Positions 53,790 through 64,000 of a DNA stretch of 64,000 nt are shown here, piece after piece. The stretch is taken from positions 2,568,930 through 2,632,929 of the forward strand of contig NC_068994.1 of NCBI RefSeq assembly GCF_001194135.2. Direction: 5' to 3'. This stretch comes from Octopus bimaculoides. Its lineage: Eukaryota. Numbering within the stretch: position 1 is the first letter of the stretch; each line of letters begins with the position of its first letter. The notes under the pieces were generated by a model. That model saw nothing but the letters and a program-made list of their open reading frames with translations, made no database searches and was not told the DNA's origin. Both the position numbers and the translations under genes were made by a program.

Positions 53790-53990
53790 TGTTTACCATA
53801 TTCCCATCCACACTGGCAGAGATAAAGGCTAAAAAGACTGACATCATTATCAAGAAAAATATTGACATGAGGTGTAAAGAGGTGTATATCTATGAACATT
53901 GCAATACCTTCCAAAAAGAACACCTCCATGATAGTCACAAAGAAGCTGACCAAGTACAAAGGCATGAAGATCCAGCTCTGAAACAACTCA
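53790..53990 (+). mobile_element. Old R4/Dong-type LINE fragment (restriction-like endonuclease region)
   Basis: TLAEIKAKKTDIIIKKNIDMRCK resembles the ..IKANRPDIVVKD...CLLID PD-(D/E)xK motif. Confidence 0.5.
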
Positions 53991-54139
53991 CATGTTATTG
54001 TGGGTGTTGTCAATGAGGTGACATCTTTCCCACAACACCTCAGGTACACAGTTGGGACCCAGCCATACATCATACAAAACAGGAAGTACAAAAAGAGCAG
54101 TAACAAGTAATAACAATAATCATGATGATGGTTTCAAAT

Positions 54140-54340
54140 TTTAGCACAAGGCCTGCAATTTTAGAAGAGGGTGACAAGTTGATTACATCAATCACAGTAC
54201 TTGACAGGTACTTATTTGATTGACCTCAAAAGGATGAAAGGTAAAGTCTACCTTAATGGTAATTGAACTCAGAATGTAAAGAGCTAGAAGAAATGCTGTC
54301 ATGCATTTTGTATAACATGCTAACAATTCTGCCAGCTCAC
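54140..54340 (-). mobile_element. tRNA-derived SINE
   Basis: aaaaggatgaaaggtaaagtctacc..aattgaactcagaatg..ttctgccagctcac core. Confidence 0.7.
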
Positions 54341-54391
<51 letters not shown>

Positions 54392-54395
<4 letters not shown>

Positions 54396-54718
54396 ATACA
54401 AAGACCTGGAAATAGGGATAACTCGAATGTGGAATCTAAAAACAGAAACAATTCCTATCATAGTAGGTGCCTTAGGTATAATAAAAAAATATTCAGACAA
54501 ATACATAACAAAAATACCAGGACTTACAAATATATATAACATACAGAAAATTGCACTACTGGGTACTGCACACATTCTACGCAAAACACTTTCAATACAG
54601 TAACCATAAGAGCACCACAGCAAACCACAGCACATACCCAAGGCGCACAGAGCTGCGCTCGGTAGTGAAGTGAAAGCACGTTATAAAAATAAAACTACTG
54701 AACAATAATAATAATAAT
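54392..54718 (+). mobile_element. Young 5'-truncated R4/Dong-type LINE 3' end embedded in (AAT)n
   Basis: Uninterrupted frame 54394-54603 KYKDLEIGITRMWNLKTETIPIIVGALG...KIALLGTAHILRKTLSIQ*, then 3' UTR and (AAT)n tail; (AAT)n also 5' (about 54340-54390). Confidence 0.8.
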
Positions 54719-56619
54719 CTAATAAAGTGAATATTTCAATTTTATAACTTAATCCATTTAGAGTTTGTAAGCTCATTTTAACTGAAAGAATAACTTTGTA
54801 AAGAAGACGTAGAGTTACTATATACTGTAGTGTATCATTTTATGGATCCAGGGACAATTAAAAGATAAAGACCTTTAAGAGATGGTAGTGAGTTCTGAAA
54901 TAGTCTGTTCATTAATGTCTCAACTTAAAATAATGACTCCTAACTCTTGGATATCTGGTAATGTCTTCTAAGATGTAAGAATCAAATCCAGTACTTGTGA
55001 TGAAGAGCAAAGCTGATATGGTTATATGAATGATATAGAATCTTTCTTAACCATTGTGCCAGTGGTTGTAGTCTAGTCCCTGGGATTAAAAGCATTTCAG
55101 CAGGTTATGCAGAACTACACTGTGTAAGATATCCTTTCCTTACTTAATAAGAGGAAGTGATGAGAGATTTGACTGCTATTTCTAGTAGGTTGAGCAAACC
55201 ACATAGAGGCTCCAACATGGGCTTCCTTAGCCATTGTGTTATGGTCACTGGCAGTACACATTACACAAATACAGGTATATTAAATACCATAAAACATAAA
55301 TTCTTGATTTATTAACATTATTTTTGCCTCTATAAGATGAGTTATAATTACCAATAGCAATTAAGCTTGGCTTCATATGAAAAGGGAAGATAATCTCAAG
55401 AATCAAGAATTTCTCCAAAACTGACATGCCATTAATGCAAAAGAAGAACTCATTGTCTGAAGATAAGAAGAGAGTTGTGTCTTTTTGCCTCAATATATAT
55501 CATCAGCATAACAATTGTCCAACCTTATCTCTTACCCCATCTGCAAAACAAAAAGGTAGTGACACTCCTACTCCATGGTTGAATGGTTCATGCTTAAAAG
55601 AGACCTACTTTGTCCAATTCATTTGAAAGGGTTTTCGTAAACCATTCTATCAAGACTAGAATGGAGAAACTGAAGGAAATGTGTAAGAAAAGAAAAGAAC
55701 AACAATAAACAAAGCTACAGAGTTGGAGATGGATAAATGTTTGGTTAGTGGTGAGACAGTAGGGTGTGAACTACTGTGGGTTGGGCTTCTCCCTAGTGTA
55801 TTACAAGAATAAAAATCAGCAACTGACTTTGATTTTAAGGAAGCTAATTCAACCAAAAATAGCTTTGATCTAATAAACCTGATTTAATGGAAATACATAA
55901 AATAAATTAACACAAAATATTATAATGATGCCATGACAAATATTTAATGAGATAAAGAATAAATAAAAAGAGATGAATCATTTATGGGAAGTTAACCATC
56001 TGATAATTGTGAAAAAAAAAAATTGATGTGAAAGTAACATTTTTCATCATCTTTTGATTTTTTTTTTGCATAAAACTATATTGTGGAGTGGTTTGACTTT
56101 ATCAATAAATATAAACCAATTACCATTTAAATATCCTAAATTAGATAGGATAGACAAAAACTTAGAGTGATTATCCAAATGCAAATGTTCCTAAACTGTT
56201 GTTCAAATACAAAAATATAAAAAAATTTGCCTCTAAAGAAAATTAAATTGTTGATAGTAATTAAAAGATGGCAGAAAAACACAATTAAAAAAAAGAATTA
56301 ATGTTCTACGAAGTTCAGAGTTATAAAAATACTGAAAATAGTATGTTTTATCTTTTAAAACAGGACTTGAACAATGATGCTTTTAAATTAGCTGCTGTTA
56401 TATTAGTAGTCAAAAGTAATTCCCCCTGTTCTTGTCATTTACATTCTATAAGAAAAATGTGTTAAATGATTCTGTACTGGAAATATTTGTAAAATTAATA
56501 AATACAAAAGAATCTACTGATTAAATGACAATATTTTTAATATGAGACATTCAGAGGATACAAATATACAAGAGGGGTGTGATGTAATTTATTGAATGTG
56601 CATGTTTTATTTAGGTAAC

Positions 56620-56637
56620 TGTGTGTGTGTGTGTGTG

Positions 56638-56709
<72 letters not shown>

Positions 56710-56873
56710 TGCACACACACACATATTTCATATATGTATGTATATGTGTGTGTGTGTGTGTGCATATATATATGTGTGTGTGTTTGTGTGAATATCTTTC
56801 TGTCTATGTATTATGTGTGTGTGTGTGTGTGCATATATATATGTGAGTGTTTGTGTGAATATCTATCTGTCTA

Positions 56874-56925
<52 letters not shown>
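56620..56925. repeat. (TG)n/(TA)n compound microsatellite
   Basis: Direct reading. Confidence 0.95.
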
Positions 56926-56929
<4 letters not shown>

Positions 56930-56932
<3 letters not shown>

Positions 56933-57520
56933 AATGGCTGGGCAAAGTTCAGAGAGCTGCTACCTTTGTTAGTAAGAAAGGGCCTCTCCCTCAGAATGAA
57001 AGACAAACTGTAAGATGCCAGTGTATATACAGCTATGCTACATGGCAATGAAACATGCACTATGGCTACGGAAGACATGCATAAGGAAGTGCCAGTCTCT
57101 AACTATGAATGGAACTTGTAGAAATGGTAGACTCAGGAAGATATGCGATGAAGTGGTGAAAAAAGGTCTTCAGACATTGGGCCTCACTGAGGAGATGACA
57201 AGGAACCAAAATTTCTTGTGATTTGCTGTGCGTAAGAAATCATATCAAGCTAAGTAAAATCATAGCCATCCATTCATACAAGTATGTCCTTTACAGCTAT
57301 GCTTTCCACTCCCTTTCTCAACCAAGAGGTTCTTGTCTTGTAAGCTTATGGGTGCTGGTGCTATATGAAAAGCACCCAGGCATTAGGAAGGGCATTCAGT
57401 TGTAGAATTCCTGCCAAACAGATAATTAGAGCCTGGTGCAGCTCTCCAGCTAGACAGCTTTTGCCAAACTGCCCAACCCATGCTAGCATGGAAAGCAAAC
57501 ATTAAATGACAATGATTATA
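56930..57520 (+). mobile_element. RTE LINE 3' fragment (ORF end plus 3' UTR)
   Basis: NGWAKFRELLPLLVRKGLSLRMKDKL; ends ..gcatggaaagcaaacattaaatgacaatgat. Confidence 0.8.
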
Positions 57521-57869
57521 TATATACACACACACACATATATGCATGTATGTATAAAGGTTTTCTTTTTTCCTCATTTATTTACATAGTTTGTCAGCCA
57601 AGACTAAAATGGAATTATTAGCACGAGAGGAATTATCCCATGTCAGATACCATCATTTGCATGCTTTTTTTACATATCGCCAGCATTAGTGAGGCTACAA
57701 AACTAAAATTCCTTCTAATTGAGTTGGGCTACAGTAAAGAGGGAGGTATCTTTATGCTAGATGAGATCAGTCTTCAATAATTCGTCTCATATCTTTCTGG
57801 GTTTCCCTCTTCCAAAAGGTCCATCAATTTAAGTAATTAGCATTTCTGTATGCAACTATCTACATCTAT

Positions 57870-60530
57870 ACACATCACATGACCAAACCAGTGAAGTCTT
57901 CTCCCTTGCACATTGCATCTAATTCCTCTCATACCCAACATTTCTTTCTATACATTAGCACTCTGTTGCACATGCACACTGACATTCCACATCCTGTGGA
58001 ACATACTAGCTTCATTCCTCTCTAGTCTTTACATGTCTTCTGCGTTCACAGCCCACATCTCACTACCATGTAGCATTGCTGTTCATATACATGCATCATA
58101 CAATCTTCCTTTCACTTGGAGAGAGAAACCTTTGGTTGCCAAAGAAGTAAAATCTCTCAGAATTTTCTCCACCCTATTCTTATTCTAGCATTTACACCTT
58201 CTGTGAATCCTCCTCCAATGCTAATTAGGTCCTCTAAGTAGCAGTATTTTGTCCACTACCTCTAAATAGCCTCCGGGACAGTTGAGAAAATGGATTTTCC
58301 AAGTATCTGTAGTGTTTATGTTCCTGTGTATCTTCCACATACAAATATTACCGTCTCTGATAACCTTCCCATTATTCCATTGCACATTTTGTGTGCCCAT
58401 AGCTTCAACAGGATATGCTGTATGGAATTCCTGCCGACACCTTTTCTACACATTGAGCAGAGCCATTTACCTGATGAAGGAATGGTGCTGTCCATTTTCT
58501 TGCTTACTAGAATATTAGTCTTTGCTCGATTAACCTTAAGGCCTTTTGATTCCAGATTTTGCATCAGCACCTGAGATCTTTTTTCTAGTTCTGTAACAGA
58601 ATCTGCTATAAGAGAAAGATTATCAGCATATAACAGTTCCCAAGGTCAACCAGTTTTGAATTCCTCTGTTATGGCCTGTAGGACGATGATGAATAGGAGG
58701 GGACTGAGAACTGAACCTTGATGAATGCCTACCTGTACACTAAATTCATCATTATACTCATGGTTAACTCTCACCTTACTGACAGAACCTCAGTACATGG
58801 CTTGTATGGCTTTCACAAGCCACTTGTCTACTCCTTGCGTCCTCAGAACCCACCATATCACACAACAGGGCACTATCAAAGGCTTTCTCTATGTCATCAT
58901 CTGCCAAGTACAATGGTTTATTCTTGGCCAGATACTTCTGCTGCTGTTGTCTGATCATAAAAGTAACATCAGTAGTGCTTCTCCCCAGCACAAAGCCAAA
59001 TTACATTTCATCTAATCTGATTTTGCTTCTAATTAACTGGGCTATAAAACTCTTTCCATAACTTTCATGATGTGGTCCAAAAATCTTGAGGTTTCTGTAA
59101 TCATTTCTATCTAAGGCATCTTCCTTGCCCTGGTAGCAACTGACTATAATACTGCTACACCAGTCATTGGAGATGACACTTTCCTGAGTAACCTGATTAA
59201 CTATATGGGTGTCTAGACTGTATCCTACTCCACCTGATATTTAAAGCATTTCAGCGGTGACTCCCGATGGGCCAAGGATATTCTGTCTTCATGCTCTCCA
59301 TTGACTTATCTATCATACAGCTCTCAACACAAATAGCTGGTCCCTCTGTTAGGTTCACATAGAGGAGATTCCCTTTCTTTCATATATTCTCCACATTTAA
59401 TAGTCTTTCAGAGTAGCACTACTACACTTCTTTCTTGCCTGCATCACTAAGTGCAAGCATAACCATTATCCAGATGTACACACTTCTCTCACACAACATC
59501 ACAATTCTCTCTAACCCATTGTCTAGCAACTTGGAACACCTTAAGTCTTCACACTATAAAACATTAGAAAACCTCCAGCTTTCTGCTTCTGCCCTGGCTA
59601 GATAGACCTGTTGCCTAGCTTCTCTCTTGGTTGTCTTTGCTGCCTCCATTTCTCCAATCTTTCCAAGTCTGTCTCTTTGCTTTTATGGTTCTATCTACTT
59701 CACTGTTCCACCATCTGGTCATTTTCCATCTAGTAGAGACTTCGCCTCAACCACATATTTTGTCTGCAATCTTCAAAAGGTTGTCTTGTAGGAACTTTCA
59801 GTTGTCCTCTACATTACATGTCTCAACCTCTTCCTCTTTCTCCTCAAATGTTCTAATCAGAATGTCTCTAAACCTCTGACTGTTTGATGGATCTTTCAGC
59901 ATCCATAACTTATTTTTCCAGACCAGTTTGTGTCTCTGTGTTCATCTAGCCCTAAGTCTGAAGTCACTAACCACTAACTTAAGTCGAGTTGTATATTCCT
60001 CACTGGGAAATGATTTAGCATTTATAAGCATCTGTCTATCCCTGTTTCCAGTGAGGATGTAATCAAACTGGCTTAAGTGCCCACCAGACTGATTTTCTGG
60101 ATGGTTTTCTGACGTTAGTGTTGCAGTCCAACAAGTCATTTGCATCACAGAATTCCAGGAGCCTTGTTCCCTCCTAATTTCTAATGCCAAAGCAAAAACC
60201 TCTATGCATGCCATAAAACTCATAAGTGTGTTGCCCAACATGTCTATTGTAGTTGCAAGCTACAATGATAAGGTAAATTTTCTTTGTTGTTAAGGTAGTC
60301 TGCTGAAGGGACTCATAGAAACAGTCCTTCAGTTCATCAGCTAGTCCAGCATGTGGAGCGTATGCAGAGATAAATATCATTGTTACATTATACAAAGGAT
60401 TCTTAGCTTGATAATCCTCTCACATACCCTGATTATCTCAATAACTTTATCCATTTCTCTGCCATAAGTATACCTATCCCACCCATCCCCATCACTTCTC
60501 CCTATCCAGAAGAATTCATATCTATAGTCC
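57870..60530 (-). mobile_element. Degenerate, largely full-ORF RTE-clade LINE (APE endonuclease plus reverse transcriptase)
   Basis: - strand pieces: ISAYAPHAGLADELKDCFYE..NYNRHVG (APE); DYILTGNRDRQMLINAKSFPSEE..LVVSDF; GRSTTDVTFMIRQQQQKYLAKNKPLYLA..DIEKAFD (RT); NLESKGLKVNRAKT. Many stops and frameshifts. Confidence 0.9.
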
Positions 60531-61767
60531 ATGCCCACAAGTGCTCTAACCTATTTTTCTGTACACACACACACACACACATATTTATGTATCTAAATCT
60601 ATAGAGATGCATGTAGATATGTTTTTACATATGTGTGTGTATGTCAATGTGCATATTCATATAATACATACAGCCATTGCAACGAGTGTACGAGCTAAAT
60701 AGCAAATGTCCTTTATTAATATCTTTAGTCAGTGTTTGTCATAGCTTATTATACATTTCTGCCTCTATTCCGTCTATATTTTTGCCCTTTCAATTCTGAC
60801 CAATCCTAATAATTCCAGTTTTTCACTGCAAACCAATTCTTCATATATATTTTTCAACAAACTTTTAATAATTCATTGTTCTGATCTTTTACACCAGTAC
60901 ATTTCCTATCTCTTCTCTTCCTCCAAACCTGTTTCTTTATGCTGTCAGGGAGGGCAGGCTTATTGTGTGTATATCCTTTCTGTCCCTCAACTTCTTGTCC
61001 AGCCTTTTCAGACACATCCAACATCAGTTTAAACTGATAACTAATAACACACACATACAAACACAAGTACACATGCACATATATGAAAACCATCACAAAA
61101 CTATTTTCCATTTTCTTCCAGCATCTCATATCAGTGTGAATAGTTGGAGTGTCCTTAAATAGTGTCTGTTTGCAAATATAAGAAATCAGATCCTAACTAC
61201 CTCCAAAATAGTATCTTAGCTGTTATAGAAGCAGACAGTAAGGAACAATTGTAAAATATCTCAATCAAGCAATGAATATAACTAGAAAAGTGAAGATGTT
61301 GATGGTGACCTGAGTAATTTCAAATGACTTCAAATCTCTTGAGTAACAGCAATGTTTTCAACTTCAAATCATTTGATAACTTTATTACATCTACATCAAT
61401 TTCCCGAAAATGAAACTCTTCCCACAAATGTTGATTATCTTGGCAATTCATGTTATTTTTCTCTCTTACTGACAAGAATAGTATTGAATCAGTCCTCTTG
61501 GGCCCATTATTCTCTCTATTTATGTGGAATCTGAATAGTTTGTTTTCTTATCGTTAAAATAGCAATTAGTTTCTAGTACCACTGGATATTGGCTGGTAGC
61601 ATTTTTGTTGTATGTTCACTGTATGCAGTGATTACTGCCATTGTGTTCCACAGTATTTTTCAGACATAGAAAATTATCAAAATCCTGATAACAAATAACA
61701 TCTTCAGAATAAAAGAATAAAATCCAATATGCATGTATATGTATGTCTATCTGTATTCACATACGTA

Positions 61768-61811
<44 letters not shown>

Positions 61812-63063
61812 CTAGTAATTTCAGACTAAACCATTTAATAACTCCGTATCGCCTGAAATGCTATCCTACTGTAGTAACATCTTGTTAAATGAACAAAACG
61901 TTAGATTGATAATAATAAAACCAATAGATTTTATGATGTAGACAGTGTCTATTATACACAGAATTCACTGTTAATTAAGCTGTCAAAGAAGATTAGGATA
62001 GATGCCAAGTGTTCTGTCTACCTGTCTATCTTACTGATCAAATCAGCTTCCATTGAGACGAAGCCCATAATTTCTTTCTATAGACTATCTTCTAACTTGA
62101 CTTCTCTGACACATATACCTTGCAGGCGAACAGTAAGGGAAAAATAATTGTATAATCTTTTCAGTTAAGTTAGATTAAATAACTATCACTAAGTAAATGG
62201 GCTCTGCCTCACATTACAAGCTAACAGTTTTATATAGTATCATTGAGTTTTCCTGCCCATTTCACAGAGCATCCTACTTAGAAAGATCTATAGACCAACT
62301 AGTTACATCACCAAAAGAGAAGAAAAGTATCTTTGAAAATTGTATCTCCTAAAGAATGATACATGTCAAGTAGAGCTATATTCCATGTTACTTACCTAGA
62401 AAAAACTTTAAAAATCATCTAATGTGCACTCATTTACAAACACACAACCTAAATATAAATAGCTAAACACAATTTACTATAAGACACGCAGCAAAGAGGA
62501 AAGAACAAGGAGTATGTGGTAGTGTAAGAAGGAGTAAGAGGGACACACTGTCATCAATTAAGTCACAGATTATAAGGAAAGAACTTGACAAACCAATCAA
62601 TCAATTAATTAAATAATTTACTAACCAGTTAACTGATTATATGATTAATTGATAAAAAAAAACAGAGGTAAATACTGCAATGTTCTTGTGGCACAAACAA
62701 ACTACCTGCAGTAATTGGGATGTTCCTTAATGTGTGTGTATAAAGCACACACACACACACACACACACATATACATATATATATACATAGTTGCTTAAGA
62801 GTTGCCTAAAACTCCATAAGTCAGAGAAAACAAACACACATATAGTTGTCAATATTGTAGAGTTGATATATTAATATTTATACTATACAATATTATAAAT
62901 CCATTTCAGCTGATTTTACTGAACTTGAGTATGAAACTGATTGGCAAAATCAGCTGAAATAGATCTAAAATACTGTATAGTATAAATATTAATACACATA
63001 CATATATATATGTATATGTGTGTGTGTGTGTATGTATCAACATGTGCACACACACACATGCAT

Positions 63064-63103
<40 letters not shown>

Positions 63104-63238
63104 TTTCTTTTCTTTTTTTTTTCTCCACTTACTACAAGTGGAGCAAGAGCACACATGAAAATGAAAAGTGTTGCTGAAGAGGTTACAGATATGTGATGAA
63201 AAATTTCCGGACAATGGACATGAGTTAAAATAATAAAC

Positions 63239-63248
63239 NNNNNNNNNN
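63239..63248. other. Assembly gap (10 N)
   Basis: Run of N. Confidence 1.
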
Positions 63249-63796
63249 TCACTCACATATAAAAGATTGGGTTCTGTACAGTTTGCATCTCCCAAATTTC
63301 CCTCACCAGTTATTGATCAGCCTGAGACTACAGTAGACATGGTTTTTATTTACTACATTGAAAGTTCAAAAAGAAAAAAAAAAAAAAAGAAATTAATTTT
63401 TCTCTTTTGTAAGGCCTATATAATGATGATTTACTGCTGATCCTGATAAATCATTCTGACATTATTAAATGGCTTCTTTTGTTACTTAATACAGACCACT
63501 GCAAATATGGGAATTGGAGAAACTTTGCTTGACATATAATGTATAGTCATGTATGATTGGACGGCATGAAAGTAAATTTTCAAATACAAACACTTTTCTT
63601 GCTGTTTGTTGTAATGAATTCTGAAATAGTTATATTTAACTGGATATGTGGCTAAGACGTTTGCAACCATGTGGTTCCACATAAAATCCTAATGTGTGGC
63701 ATCTTGGGCAAATGTTTTGAGCTTTCTATCATAGCCTTGTAAGTGGGAAGTTGGTTGATGGAAACTGTACTGAAGCCAAGTGTTGATATGTATGTA

Positions 63797-63831
<35 letters not shown>

Positions 63832-64000
63832 AATATATATGTAAATAGATAGATAGATACATACATACATACAAACATAGACTGACAAACAGACAGAGAC
63901 ACACTCACACACACAAAGATATATATATGTGTTAAAGTCTGTCATAGCGGCCATGACGAAGGGAAATAGCCCTGAAACTCGAGTCGCCTTTATATATTTA

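Overview
AT-rich, microsatellite- and retroelement-rich eukaryotic DNA with three assembly gaps. It is inferred to be an octopus (coleoid cephalopod) protocadherin cluster, with Pcdh genes head-to-tail on the + strand. The window holds: (i) the last two exons of a Pcdh starting upstream of the window, the penultimate one carrying two TGA stops; (ii) a decayed TM/cytoplasmic remnant of another Pcdh at about 10.7 kb; (iii) one complete gene, A (leader exon 12707-12939; large exon with CDS 29638-31998 encoding signal peptide, 6 EC, TM and juxtamembrane tail; tail exons 42316-42466 and 42638-42756; about 876 aa); (iv) gene B (leader exon 43707-43954, CDS exon 50713-53094, tail exons not found in the window). 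Exon structures were inferred by hand from splice consensus, intron phase and paralog homology, not from transcripts. The main unexplained signals are an 82-bp element 100% identical in the leader introns of A and B that can fold into a hairpin, a uORF (M..SHHSSS) conserved in both leader exons, patchy near-identity between paralogs, and a candidate mutually exclusive tail exon. The rest is RTE, CR1-like and R4/Dong LINE fragments, tRNA-derived SINEs, mariner relics and simple repeats. Repeat boundaries are approximate unless a TSD is given.
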